Position numbers and translations under genes: made by a program
The notes under the pieces: generated by a model
Seen by the model: only the letters and a program-made list of their open reading frames with translations
The model's database searches: none
What the model was told of the DNA's origin: nothing
Origin: the human T2T-CHM13v2.0 reference genome, Homo sapiens
DNA: 64,000 nucleotides
NCBI RefSeq assembly: GCF_009914755.1
Contig: NC_060928.1
Direction: 5' to 3' (one strand)
Part shown: positions 1 through 13,680 of the stretch, piece after piece
How the letters are laid out: each line of letters begins with the position of its first letter
Numbering within the stretch: the first letter of the stretch is position 1

Positions 1-29
1 TAAAACAACAACAATAATGACAAAAACCT

Positions 30-440
30 AACTCCAAGTAAAAATCAAAGTCCAATAACATCATGCAACTACAATTACTGATAAAATGCAAAAGGAGAAA
101 ATACTGAGTACTGAAGGGGCCAAGGAGCAAATGAAACTCCTTCTGGTGAGGATGTAAGTTGTTGCAATCATTTAGAAAACTGTTTCCACTTTTAGGTGTG
201 TGCCAAATAGCAAAGAGTACATCTATACACACGAAAAAGACATGCAACAGAAAGTTTATGACAGCACAGCTCATTTCACTCAAACATCAGAAAATACCAG
301 AATGTTTATCAATCATGCAATAAATTAATTTTTATGTTCATTGAATAGACTACTGTACAACAACTAGAATGGAAAATCTACAAATAAGCTTGAGAATATG
401 GATAAATCTTATGAACATAATGTTGAGCAAAACACTGAAT
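30..440 (+). mobile_element. Ancient L1 (L1ME-like) 3' fragment
   Basis: Degenerate match to L1M 3'-end motifs (gagcaaatgaaactcc...ggtgaggatgtaagttg...gaaaactgttt; atggataaatctta...taatgttgagcaaaa). Confidence 0.6.
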
Positions 441-764
441 GATATATAAAGAATATACAACAGAGGACAAATATATATATTTGTGTATATATATATACCT
501 TGTTTGTATATTTCATGCAATTAATGTCAAATTCCATTAATCTCATGTAACATAAAAATTTTGCTTGATTTGATTTGTTCTTGTTTCTATCTTTTCTCTT
601 TCATTTCTTTCTCACTTTTTAGTCTTTCTTTTTCTTTTTAGTAAGTCCATCTATCCATTTCTTTAATTCCTAGAAATATTAAATGAAAATCTCCCTATCT
701 ATTATACATATCCAATTTATTGTGCACAACAAACTTAGTTTCTTCAAACAGGCCATTTTAAAAA

Positions 765-893
765 GTAATAGACTATTTTAAAAGAAGTTCGAGGTTTGCA
801 GAAAACATAAGCAGGGTAGGCAGAGTTCCACATACTACCAAGCTAACCCCTCACAACATAGTTCCCACTAATAATAGCATCTTGCATTTGGTG
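765..893 (-). mobile_element. Old L1M (L1MC/MD-like) 3'-end fragment
   Basis: tagactatttt...aggtttgcagaaaa...cagagttcccacatac...catcttgcatt resembles an antisense L1MC/MD terminus. Confidence 0.5.
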
Positions 894-1190
894 GGCTATG
901 TAGTTTGGAAATTTGTCCCCATTCAAATCTCATGTTAAAATGTAATCCTCAGTGTTGGAGGGAGGACCTGGTGGGAGGTGTTTTTGTCATGGGGAAAGAT
1001 CCCTCATGAATGGCTTGGGCCAACTTCTTGGTGATAAGTGGGCTCTTGCTCTGAGTTCCCTAAAAATCTGGTTGTTTGAAAATGTGTGAGAAATCTCCCC
1101 TTTAGTCTCTTTCACTTGCTCCTGCTTTCTGCTTTCTACATGTGACATATCTGTTCCTGCTTCACCTTCCACCATGATTGAAAGCTCCTT
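894..1190 (+). mobile_element. MST-family MaLR LTR (MSTB-like), 3'-truncated
   Basis: tttgtcccc..caaatctcatgtt..aatgtaatcctcagtgttggag..ggtgggaggtg..tcatgggg..gatccctcatgaatggcttgg..ccttccaccatgattg are MST motifs. Confidence 0.85.
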
Positions 1191-1394
1191 GGCTGGGCAT
1201 GGTGGCTCACACCTGTAACCCCAGCACTTCAGGAGGTTGAAGCTGGCAGATGGCTTGAGTCCAGGAGTGCAAGACCAGCCTGTGCAACATGATGAGACCC
1301 CCGTCTCAGCTATCTGGGAGGCTGAGTCAGGAGGATCACCTTAGCCCAGGAGGTTGTGGCTGCATTAAGCCATGATTGTGCCACTCCACTCTAG
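1191..1394 (+). mobile_element. AluJ, internally deleted and lacking tail
   Basis: Left arm ggctgggcatggtggctcacacctgtaa...gtctc is joined directly to right-arm agcta..gggaggctgag..ggaggatcac (J-type). Confidence 0.85.
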
Positions 1395-1528
1395 AAAATA
1401 CAAATTATTTTGGTAAACAAAAACACAGACTTTGATTTTAATTTTGAAAGCCACACTGTGGCTTTGCTTTAGTGTACTAACTTTTGGTCTCCAAGGTTAA
1501 TTCTTATTCCTATTAAATTATTTATCTC

Positions 1529-2160
1529 AATAGGAATGCTTTTACACTGTTGGTGGGACTGTAAACTAGTTCAACCATTGTGGAAGTCAGTGTGGCGATT
1601 CCTCAAGGATCTAGAACTAGAAATACCTTTTGACCCAGCCATCCCATTACTGGGCATATACCCAAAGGATTATAAATCATGCTGCTATAAAGACACGTGC
1701 ACATGTATGTTTATTGCGGCACTATTCACAATAGCAAAGACTTGGAACCAACCCAAATGTCCATCAATGACAGACTGGATTAAGAAAATGTGGCACATAT
1801 ACACCATGGAATACTATGCAGCCATAAAAAAGGATGAGTTCATGTCCTTTGGAGGGACATGGATGAAGCTAGAAACCATCATTCTGAGCAAACTATCGCA
1901 AGGACAGAAAACCAAACGCAGCATGTTCTCACTCGTAGGTGGGAATTGAACAATGAGAACACTTGGACACAGGGTGGGGAACATCACACACCAGGGCCTG
2001 TTGTGGGGTGGGGGGAGTGGGGAGGGATAGCATTAGGGATATACCGAATGTAAATGATGAGTTAATGGGGCAACACACCAACATGGAACATGTATACATA
2101 TGTAACAAACCCGCACATTGTGCACATGTACCCTAGGACTTAAAGTATAATTTAAAAAAA
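1529..2160 (+). mobile_element. 5'-truncated L1PA (L1PA4/5-like): ORF2 C-terminus, 3'UTR and short A tail
   Basis: ORF 1536-1949 is the L1 ORF2p C-terminus (LLHCWWDCKLVQPLWKSVWRFL...); G-rich 3'UTR; degenerate TSD aaattatttatctc (1515-1528) / aagttatttctctc (2160-2173). Confidence 0.95.
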
Positions 2161-3319
2161 AGTTATTTCTCTCTTATCTCCCTAACCTCTATATCTTTGG
2201 CCCTATGAGCGTCCATAACTCCTGCCTATTTGTCAAATTAATTGGATGATTACTCCCTTTTCCAAGTTATTAATAAACTCTAATATTGACTGCATCCAGA
2301 AAAGATTAGCAGTGCCCTTGCTGGGTGCTACCTCTGTGAAATGAAAGAGGCTGTAACTCCTGATCTCTAACCTCCCCTCCTTTCTGATCTTCCTTTTCCT
2401 CATTACATGAGGTTTCTCCCTCTCAGCTATTTTTTTTTTCACTTTCAAAAAGAATTTCATGCCCTGAGAGGTTTGTGTGTCTATAGAAGTTTTCTTTAGA
2501 AATCAGTTCAAACCACTTACCTGTCATCGTTTTTGTTAATTCTTGTGGTTCACTGTAATGTCTCCAAGTAGCAAGTTCTATATTGATAGTCCCATTTTGC
2601 ATTGAATCTGAAGAATAAGGAGACCAAGTACACTTCTAAGGACACATCACAAGAGAAAAATAGAATTAGGAATAAACTTAGATTTTTGAATTGATTCTTC
2701 AACAGTTATTTATTGTGTCTCTTTTATAAGGGCTCAAGTATAACAGAAAGCATCCCTTTTACCTTTTCCCAAATAAAATGTGTGATGTTTTGGTAAGCAT
2801 AGAAAGAGACATACGATATTACTAGCACTGCTGTATTATTAAAATAATAGGAAAATTTATTTTGTATGCTTCTGCTTTTATTTCCATGTCTAATCAGTAA
2901 TTAAATACTGTATGTGTAGAACTCACTAGTTCCACATTTCCCCTTATTTTGCCAAAACTTTGTTGGGAAACTCTGACTAGGTTGAAATAAAAAATAAATC
3001 AAAATGTTACTTGTTAGCTGTTGAATAACTACCAATACTTGGTAAATTTAAAAGTAGTTTTTCCCCAAAAGTTTCATACTTGAAGCAAAAATTATGTTTT
3101 ACTTGCATAATTTAGAGTAAATAAAATATTTTCATAGGCATTCTCTTAATCTAAGCACCTTTTTGAAATTCATATAATCATTCACATTTTGTAAATGAGG
3201 AAATTGGGGTCAGATGGTTTAAATAATTTTTAAGGTTAAGGATGTCTTAATCCTTCAACAAAAGAACTAAAATAAAATCCAGATGTTCTTGCTCCATGTC
3301 AGTAACACTGGCATGTTCA

Positions 3320-3520
3320 TAGGAATAATACTTACTAAGGGTTTACTATATGACAGGAACTATTTTAACTGTTTTATGTGTATTGTCTCATTTAATAGTT
3401 AAAAGCACTAAATAAAATAACTATTAGTAATATTCTAGGCTTACAAGTGAAAAATTATAGGTACTAATTCCATAGCTAGTTGAGAGTTAAGATGGGTATA
3501 CAATTCACATGTCTGCACCC
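3320..3520 (-). mobile_element. MIR SINE (a second MIR fragment lies at ~3175-3240)
   Basis: ttacta..ggtttactatatgacagg..tgtattgtctcatttaat..ttacaagtgaaaaa and ttttgtaaatgaggaaattgggg are MIR-core-like. Confidence 0.6.
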
Positions 3521-3685
3521 CATACAATTCCATATTAATTCCATAGCTAGTTAATTCCATACTAACTTCATAGTTAGTTGAGAGTTAAGATGGGTATACA
3601 ATTGACATATCTGCTGCATAGCTAGTTAATTCCATAGCTAGTTGAGGGTTAGGATGGGTATACAAGTCACATGTCACCCCATAGC
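3465..3685. repeat. Local triplication of a ~50-bp unit with interleaved short sub-repeats
   Basis: taattccatagctagttgagagttaagatgggtatacaattcacatgtc recurs at ~3465, ~3563 and ~3627. Confidence 0.9.
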
Positions 3686-3851
3686 ATGATATTCACTTTC
3701 TGTCACTTCCTGACACTAATTAAACCAAAAAGGATCAAGAATTTAATGTATTATTTTATTTAATTAAGGCCAACACAGAGCAGCTGCTTTTCACTTTTCA
3801 TAAACCCTCCTGTATATTCTATACATTGTAAGTCAGAGGAGTGACCTTATT

Positions 3852-4023
3852 GCCTGATTTACCAAGGTGCGGTCTGCAGAGCAGTAGCAGTAAGTTCACG
3901 TAAGAGATTATGGGAAAGGTAGCACCTCAGGCCTCGCCTGCCAGGCCTATTGCATCACAGTTATCAGTTGAATAATACTCCTGGGTGGATTCTATGTGGA
4001 TGTTAAAATTTAGAAAGTATTGC
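3852..4023. mobile_element. MER5-like hAT-Charlie DNA transposon relic
   Basis: caaggtgcggtctgcagagcagtagca...ctcaggcctc...tgcatcacag...gggtggattctatgt...aaaatttagaaagtattg. Confidence 0.6.
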
Positions 4024-4406
4024 CTTAGTGTACCAACAATGACCAAAAACAATTTTGAAAATTATAGATATAGTTAACAATTTTTTTAATTTACTTTTTT
4101 AAAATTAGGTTTGTGGCTATTTATAAATATAAAATATCTTTGCTCATCGCATATTTGAACTTTGTAGTGTTCCATGGTTTTATATATTTAAAAGAAATTT
4201 GAGAAAACTAATTTTACATTAAGATGTGTTGATCCTACTTTTTCTTTTGTCTTTTAGATTTCACTTATAAAGTCCCATTCAGATTTAATATATTGTTGAC
4301 AAAAATACTTTGTATATATCAGCAAATTGTGCTACCTTTTTGAGAAATATTAAGGGAGATATTAGCTTAGTAAACTTGAAGCGCAAATTGGAAACTTGTT
4401 TCCTAG

Positions 4407-4774
<368 letters not shown>

Positions 4775-7700
4775 GAGCCAAACTCTTTATTTGAATATTA
4801 CTGTACAGTCATACAGTATCTGTATAGTCATAATTTTTTACTCACCTTAACTTTGTGTTCTAAGTTAACATGGTCAGAAGAAATGTTGTCTAAAAATATG
4901 TGATTTGCATCTGTTTAGAAAAAATAAAGAAGTCCCACATATACATTTATATCCTTGTAAAGCTTGGACATCTAAAGAAAAAAATGTTATCTAAAATGAG
5001 AGAAAAAAGTTGAAAATTTGAGTCCAGTTGAATACAAAATATTTCTCCAATCCACTCTACTACTGAGGCTATGAATGTACGTTACATCTCTAAATATAAG
5101 GAGATTTACTTTTATACATTGCATCTTTAATTTTTTTGTTTTGTGTCATTTTTAAGGGTTACAGAATTTAAGAGAGTATATCACCTGTTAAAATAAGACT
5201 AGTGTTCTGTCTACATTTTCACCCTCAGGCAACAAGTTGACAAATGGACATGAATTTCACCTCTGAGAGTTTCATAAGCTGGTATTGTCCTGACATTGCA
5301 AAGTGTTTACCACAAAGATCCTGTACATCCATCATCCAGGGCCAGCGTTTGCCTGATTCTAATTCCACTGACATTGAAATCTACAGCTCTCTGTGAGTCA
5401 TTTATCACACTTATTAAAATGTTCCATTGTGAATTGGAATAGCAATTCACTATTATTTCAGAGTGCTGCCCAAGGGGCATTCTATGCAGCAAATCTTAAT
5501 GCTTTATTGAAATAGTAGTTTGGTTTTAATAAATGATTCTTTGCAAAGGTATCTTGCTTTCATTATGAAAGGTGATGTTCGCTTTCTAAATCTGGCATCC
5601 TTGCCTAAGATTATGTAGATATCTCGGTTTAATATTGCATTTTCCTGCCCTAAATAGTCCATCCCTAATATTTGAACAATGATATGTCAATTAGATTAAT
5701 TAGACTATTGTGTAAGAAGTATCTTTTAAAATTCTCTTTGAACTGGAGTCAAATTACCAACATATACTGAAGAACTTTGAAATAACAGATACATTTCATA
5801 TGAATAAAAATAAATTTTTTTCATCAGAAAGGAGGCATTTTCACAATAGAGCAGAACATTTTTGAATAGAACTTACTATTTTGTACAGCAGACTTTCTCC
5901 CACATCAAGATTTGTTACTTTTTTTTTTTTTTAGAAACCTTTGACTACATCAGTGCCCACTGCAAAGTTCTCTCTCTCTCTCATATTCACTCTTGCTGTC
6001 TATTATTTGCTCATGGTGACATTGTGAATAGCACTATCTATTTGACATCTGACTAGAAAATGAAAAATAAGTAATTTTGTAAAAGTTCTAATTCCCTTTT
6101 TCCCACTTGAAGTTTCAGTCACTGTAAATCCAGAACAATAGATACTCCTTTACTTTGGAAAGAAGGAAGATTGACGTAACTTAAAATAACATATAACAGT
6201 ATAGTTGGTATAAATTCATGGTGTTTCCTTTGATAGTTGAAACAGGACTTACGTATTTTCATACTTATTTTCCCCCATTAGACAATACAATCATCAAACT
6301 ATAGGCTAAATTATTTAACCATGGCTACACAGCAAATAAGAAAAGATCAAAAATGCAACTTTTAACAGAGAAATCTTAAATCCTGTCCCTGATGCTAAAT
6401 TGTGCTTCTCAACCTTGACATGTCCCTTTAAATACCTGCTTATTATTTCTTTTTAGTCAGGAAAATTGACTTGGAGACTAACTATATATATAGTTGAATA
6501 TATATATATATATGACCCAGTAACTTTATAGCAATTTAACATCCTGAACCATAGGAGATTTAAAGTTTGAAAGTGACCTTAACGTTTTTTTGCCCTGCCA
6601 TCTGATAATTCTGAAATATCTATATGAAAAATTTACAGGGGAGTATGATCCCCATCTATAGCTATAAGCAAGAAAAATGGCATATGATTAGATTTCTTAT
6701 GCTAGACAGCAAGAAGAATGTTAGAATCTTTGTGTCTGAATGAAAGTGACTCAGACTTCTGCAACTATTAAATCACCACTTTAGTCTCCATTTTTAACAT
6801 GTTTTAGTAATCAAAGTGGAGAAACACTGGATTTTGTTTTAGAAGATTGCCATCTATATACTGTGATTTCAAGTGTGTCTCATAAATGTGGGAGAAAAAA
6901 AGAATTTGTATGCACAGAGTGCTCTTTTCTTTTTCAGAATAAACATTTGAAAATGGATCTAGAAATTGTCGTAAAGATTCCATTGATTTGCCCTTTTTTC
7001 TCAGGAGAATATCCAGCAGTGCCAAAGCTAAATTAAAAAATAATAATAATCTGAAGAAAAGGTAGGCATAGGCTGCCCATAATGAAGCCCCTGGGCTGAT
7101 TAGCAAAATCAATTCTATTGTTTTAACTCCCATTTTCTGAAATCTGACTTTTAAGAAGCAGGAGAAATTCCAAAACCTGGCACAATTCTGACACATATAC
7201 ACTCCATCAGATGGGAAAACTAAATCACAGAGCGTGTGATACTCTGTTTATACGAAGACCTGACCATAAACATTGGCAGTAACTACAAATGATTTATTAG
7301 AGAAGATGCTGGGTAGATAACTAACCAGGGTTCAAAAACAATTATCAAATGAGAAAGGATTCTGTCATCTTTTCTGAACAGATGAGGTATATCTAAAAAT
7401 TGATTTTAAGAAAACAGTTATTTTTCCAATCATCATAATTTTAATAGGATGAATTAATTACTTACTTTACACTCCAAGAGAAGGTGGCTGCAGTGTGTAT
7501 TTCCAGTTGCACCACTTTAAATCTGTTAAGTTGAAATCTTATTTTCTTTCCAGCTGCACATACGCAAGACTCTCTGAGAACAATTGAATGATGATGACTT
7601 TTAGTTATAGCTAATGAAAATACCTGAAAAAATGAGAATTTAAGCAAAACAAAAACCTGAAAACAGAAAAAAAGAAAGTTGCTCTAAATTGATGCTGAAG

Positions 7701-9399
7701 ATTGATTCATAATATCTTTCACATAAACTCTTATTATATAAATAATAATAATAATGCCCAGTGATGTCTTGTTTTTAAATAACTAACCACTACAATTACT
7801 ACCATTAGAAATATTTGATAGCTTTATTAGGAGCACACGAATCTCCTTATATAGTGCTAACATATTTTCCAACTCTGTTTCTAATTTAAAACTCATAAAA
7901 GTTTAGCCTTTGTCTTTTCTGATAAATAACATTAGTTGGGGAAAATAATTTAATTGATTGTAAATATCAATATGGGGGAGGATTTTTAAAAGTTATGTTT
8001 TTCATATTTATGTTTCAAAATAAACATTTATATGAAGAAACTCACATGCCAGGCATTAATTGCCCTGTTAAGGTAGTATAAATAAATGAGTATATTTCAA
8101 TTTATGTAAATCTTACATAAACAAAGGCCAAATAATAGTTAATATTAAATTACAGTAAAAGGGTGAGCTTTTGAGAAAGTTCTAGTGCTTTTGTTTGTGC
8201 TTCACCATACATTAAATATAATGAAATATTTACTTAATATTTACTTATTATCTTTGAGCCTCATCAATTTATTGTAGAGATTTATTTATGTTAGCACATG
8301 GAAAATGACTAGACCCGTGTCTAATATGTGCTTAGTAAACTCCCAAGATATGCATTACAAATAAATTCAAATGACTAATTGTTAAAACTGGAAAATTTTT
8401 TTAAATCAGATTTTCAGTCTTGATAAAAGCCTACAGCATACAGATACAGCAATGCTCAGGACAAATGCATAGCTTAGATTTTTATACCAATGAAAAATAG
8501 AATAATTGTTTTAACCTTCTTCTTGGAGAAGTTAAAAGATAATACATTGTATTGCCATTCCCTTGCCTATCTGGATGGTGTTTAATTGGTAAACTATGGA
8601 GATTAAAAATTCAAAATCACATGCCCCTTTGTTTATTAATTTTATTTCTAGGAATGTAAATACACTTACATAATAATGACATATGTTAAAATATATTAAT
8701 TGTGCCATTTATGGCAATTATTTTGTTATTATTTTCTAGGTTTAGTGAGTTATGATCAGAAATGTGTATCTGTCTACTTTTTAAATTTTGTTGGATTTCT
8801 TTATATAATAAAGTATTTTTAATATTTATTACTTATGTATTATATATTTTATTATTTTTATACTTTAAAATATATTTTAAATATTAAAAAAATTCTCTGG
8901 AAACTGGAAATGAATTCTGGTCTTCTTTTAAATGTATGATACTTGATATACCTTATATAGATTTACCTCAATAATCAGTTAACATAAATTAATATAAACA
9001 AGTCCTAAACATTTTGCTGTTTCTGTGGACATTTCATTGCCTAAGAAAATTTAAAATTAGAGTTGAATTTTATAACTTTCATGAAATTTTCTGTTAGAAA
9101 TAAGGCATTAACACCCAATGCATTCTTTTTTGTGTTTAAATTATGTATGTTAAGAAATACCCTGTCCTGGTAGAAACTTAATTAGTTACTATGAAAAATT
9201 TAGATGAATTTTTAAAAAGAAATTTTAAATGTATTAAGTTAAAAATGTGATGAGAGAAACTTACTTCTATAGTGACTGACACTCAAAACCTATTGCATTT
9301 GTCACACTATAAATTAATATGTTGTGTTCTCACTCATAAAAATTAAGTGAAAAATACATCTATTTGCTCTACTCTATTGGAAGGCCAGGTATACAGATA

Positions 9400-9590
9400 T
9401 AATTGTACAGTGTTTAAGATTTTGGGGATTTGAGAGAAAACTTGGGTTGGTGCCCAGATTTCACAGTTTACTAAAAATAATGGGGAATTTACCTAATCTC
9501 TCTAAACCTCAGTTACCTCATTGGTTTGCTTAAGAATTAGCAAAAATAACATGTTAACAATCCTAGTTGTGCCCAACACGTGCCAATTTT
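9400..9590 (+). mobile_element. MIR SINE
   Basis: cttgggttgg..cccagattt..ttta ct..ggggaatttacctaatctctctaaacctcagttacctcat MIR core. Confidence 0.75.
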
Positions 9591-9619
9591 TTCAGAGTTA
9601 ATAGTATGTAGATGTATCA

Positions 9620-12100
9620 ACTTGATGTAGCCTATTTTTACGTTATTCAGATGTTTTAAATACTTTTTGTTCACTTGTATAAAGCTGTGAGAGCTAAATT
9701 GAATGTTCCTTCTATAAGTATTTTTTTCTGTCTATTTTTTCTCATATTATAAGCTACACATATATACATAAAGTTTTGCTCATATATATTATATAATGGT
9801 AAGTTTTATGCTTCATAGATATTCTAGGATTTTTCATTTTGGGATATATACTTAGTCATTAAAAAAAAACATTTTATTTTAAATAAAAAATTTTCCCCTG
9901 ATTATAATTTAGCATCATTTAAAGTGAATCTTCATTTAAGTGAATCTTAAATTTCAGGTTTTTATTTGCCTAGTATGACTTTGCTCATTTTAAAACTTTC
10001 AGTCTTCCTTATCTGTTTTTGTGTTATCTTTTAATGTAACATACAAACAGGTTTTCTTTATAATCCCTTTTATTTCCTTTCTAGAGATAGGTTTACCCTA
10101 GGGATAGGTTTATCCCAGTTATCTTCATTATTGTCACAGATATACTTGACACTCTTATTTGATATTTATTCTGTGCATTATCTTTGTTGTAATAATTATT
10201 TTGTTCATTTTTCTTTAAAAATTTTATTATATGGCCTGTGTTTTCTATTTTTTTCTCTAAATATATTTTTGGGAACTCTGTAAGGCTTTCAGAATTTGTA
10301 TTTTTCACTGTCTTTTGTGTCTGACTTTCAGTTTGGCTGAATATAAACATTTTTGCTACAGTTCTTTTCTTTCATTCTTACTTCTTTCCTTCCTTTTGTT
10401 CTTTATTTTCCCTTTGTTTCTTTTTCTTCCTTTTATTAGACCTTTGTAAAAATTTCTTTGTTATCTTCCTGAAATGATATTTACTTTGGATTAGTTTAAT
10501 AAAATATTATTTGATTATTTTCTCTTTATGGATGATTTGAAATTTTGCTTAGTTGCTAAAACATTTCTTAACTTTCATAATGATTACCTTTATTTGGAAA
10601 TATCTCACAGTTGACGGTTCTGAATCAATATTTTTGGAGTTTGTCTTACTTTTTATTTTATAAGTAGTTCTTGAATTATACAGTATACTAAAATTTTTGA
10701 ATAAACCAATTATGTATATACCTAATCTTATTTACCTCTCTTCTACATGAAGCACTTATCTGTTTCATATAATTATGGCTTTATTTTTAATTTTTCTATC
10801 ACTTATCTTTGATTACTTATTCACACCTTTTTTACTTGTTTTGTCAACTTTAGATTAAATCTTCCAACCACATGACTCTTGTGAAATGATGATTTTGCAT
10901 ACCAGCTCTTCTCTTGACTCCATCCCAGTGGCTATCTTGTCACTTTCACTCTTACATTGTTGACATGTGTTAGCTGGAACCAGCTCTAAATATTGTGGCT
11001 GTAATTTAGCTCTCCATGCTTTTCCAAGGGAAGGACCATAGCAATTGAAAATCAATCTCTATTATTTGCATGATCATGATTATATCATTACATTTCACTG
11101 CATAATCAGATAATATACTACTATATTTCTTCATATATATATATATATTATTTTCATTGATAGTGCTTCTGTAATTTGAAATTGCCATTTTCTTCCTGCA
11201 CAAATTTGTTTCACTATTGCTTCAAGTCTTATCATGCAATTCTTAAGAGTCTTATCTTTTGAGATACCTCTTTCCCACTTTTGTCCCTCTGGCACCTTTC
11301 CTGAAAACACACTACACTTCCTCAGAAAAATATAAAACTATCTTCATTTTATTGCTTGATTGAGTCAACTGTTATGGTTATTTTATAGCCTCATTTTGCT
11401 ATTCTGTATCTCCAAAAATTTCTCAAGGTAATTTTGGAAAATACCAAATGGTATTCTCCACATGTATGGAAAACAGTTTTGAGTCCTTGCTTATCTGAAA
11501 ATGAATTGATTCTGTCTTCACCCTCAATTTCTGTCCCAATTATCTATTTCTAAATAAACTACCTCCAACCTTTTGTGATGAAACAACCATTTAATATGTC
11601 ACCATTCTATAGGTCTTGAATTTTTGTAGGACTCCACAATGACTTATCTTTAATTTAGAATGCTTGCTGCTTCAGATGGGGCACAAAATCTGTACTTGAA
11701 TTCTTAGATCATTTCAACTTTATTTATTTTTTCTGCATTGAGCAACTTCCGATTTACCCTTCATTTTTTTTATGGCACTATATTGTCTTTCTTCTTTTTC
11801 TGAGTTGTGGATATTTCAGCTTTTTAATAAATTTTGTGTTTCTGCATTGTATTCTTATTGTATAATGGAAATTTGTTCCTTTTTTAAAAAATTATGGTGG
11901 TATTTGGTAAAAAAAAAATTATTTTCTTGGTGACTTTTTTATTGATGTTCTTTATCTGCCAAAGTAGTTATTTTTTCCCATCTTTCTGCCTGTTTATTTC
12001 TTTTTTTTCTTTGTTATGTATGTATAGATCCATTTTTTCCTTGTTATGTATGTATAGATCCATTTCAGTTTGTTTAATTTTTGACATTCTTTTTAATGAG
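9620..12100 (-). mobile_element. Highly decayed ancient L1M/HAL1-like sequence, with a probable MLT1 fragment at ~11530-11690
   Basis: Long T-rich strand bias with antisense L1-like motifs (tttgagtccttgcttatctgaaaatg...attctgtcttcac). Boundaries uncertain. Confidence 0.45.
12003..12065. repeat. 30-bp tandem duplication
   Basis: ttttttc(t/c)ttgttatgtatgtatagatcca x2, period 30. Confidence 0.9.
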
Positions 12101-12837
12101 ATAAGGTCTGACTGGACCAGCTAGTAGTAAAAGTTTCATATTGGGGAAAGGCGAGTACCCTGTTATACAGGATCTGGAATTCTTCTTATGATATAAGGTT
12201 GTTTGTGTGATTTATGTACCATAGCCTTCACTTCTTGTGGTCAAACTAATAGCCACAGCACCACAGCCCACAGATATTTTTCACTTAGCAGGTGACTATT
12301 ATGGACACTCAGCAGAGTAAATCTAAAGAATGAGAATAAGGAAGTTTCCCATCTTTGTTACAGTGGCATTTAACATCAGCTTAAAATCAGATAATTGCTC
12401 TCTAAAGGATTTAGGGATCTTGATGACATCTGTGATGCTCAGAGTAAATCTCTTTTTGTTTTGACATGAATGGAGGCCTACGACATTCCTATTTCCTTTA
12501 TTTTTCATTCTAGCCAGTCTTGTCAGTGATGAGCATGTCCAGAGTCAGTGGTCACCCTTATCTGTAGATAAGCAGATTTACCCAGGGTGAGAAGGTAGAC
12601 ACACCAGCTAGGACCACCAGACCTTATTATACACATGTTTCTTTTAGCAGTATTAAACATAACACTAAAAACAGAAAACCCCAAGCAACAGATTAATAGA
12701 TTTGACTGTGAATACCTAAAAGATTAAAAGAAAATGATAAATCATAAAATTTGAAATACGTGTATATTTGTATAGAAATTATTAATTACACCAGAGAAAA
12801 ATGATAATGTATGTATCATACATGAAAACAATTTAGT

Positions 12838-13165
12838 GGCTGGGCATGGTGGCTCATGCCTATAATCCAAGCACTTTGGGAGGCTGAGGCTGGTGGATCA
12901 CTTGAGGTCCAGAGTTCCAGGGCAGCCTGGCCAACATGGCAAAACCCCATCTCTACTAAAAATAAAAAAATTTGCCTGGCGTGGTGGCACATGCCTGTAA
13001 CATCAGTTACTTGGGAGGCTGAGGCTGGAGAATCGCTTGAACCCAGGAGCAGGAGGTCACAGTGAGCCAAGATCACAACACTGCACTCCAGCCTGGGTGA
13101 CAGAGCAAGACTCTGTCTCAAAAAAAAAAAAAAAAAAGAAAAAGAAAAAAAAAAGAAAAAGAAGA
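12838..13165 (+). mobile_element. AluS (Sz/Sx-like)
   Basis: Complete dimeric Alu ggctgggcatggtggctcatgcc...gactctgtctc plus an A-rich tail; no clear TSD. Confidence 0.95.
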
Positions 13166-13680
13166 AATATAAATGTCCAATTCAGATAAAAGTCTTTGTG
13201 CTCAATTGCACCAGCATTGAACCAAATATACATCAAAATGTCAATAATATGTAATTTTAAAAATTTGATCAAATATTCAAGGGTACCATATATAAATCGC
13301 TGATTAAAATACAAGTCAATTCAGCCATGTACATGAATGTCTACAAATATTTATAATATTTTACTGAATAATTCAACCTAGGATTCTATTCAGAAAATGT
13401 TTGGCCTCGTTCAGATAGGGTAATCAGTTATAGCCCATCTGAAATTTAAATGAAGAACTTTTCTATTGAAAAAGCTAGTAACTTTCAAAAAGTGGGGAAT
13501 TCCAAGGAAATATTCTATGTCCTTTTTAATGCATTCTCAGTATCAGATTTAATAATTCCGCATGCATTATGCCTTCCGGAGACAATTGCTCTCTTGTGCT
13601 TCAAGATAAATAAGAGCTCTCCTGTCACCCTACCCTGTGGTGCACATTTATTTAATTTTTTTCTCTATTTAAAAATCTCC

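Noticed and set aside
1536-1949. Intact 137-aa ORF
   Set aside because: It is the C-terminus of L1 ORF2p in a 5'-truncated, promoterless copy.
5300-6760. Isolated AP-1 sites (tgagtca 5394, tgactca 6747) and a forkhead motif (5304)
   Set aside because: 7-mers occur several times per 64 kb by chance and show no clustering here.
6804-7202. 132-aa minus-strand ORF with a hydrophobic stretch
   Set aside because: Composition is typical of random AT-rich DNA; no recognisable domain or splice support.
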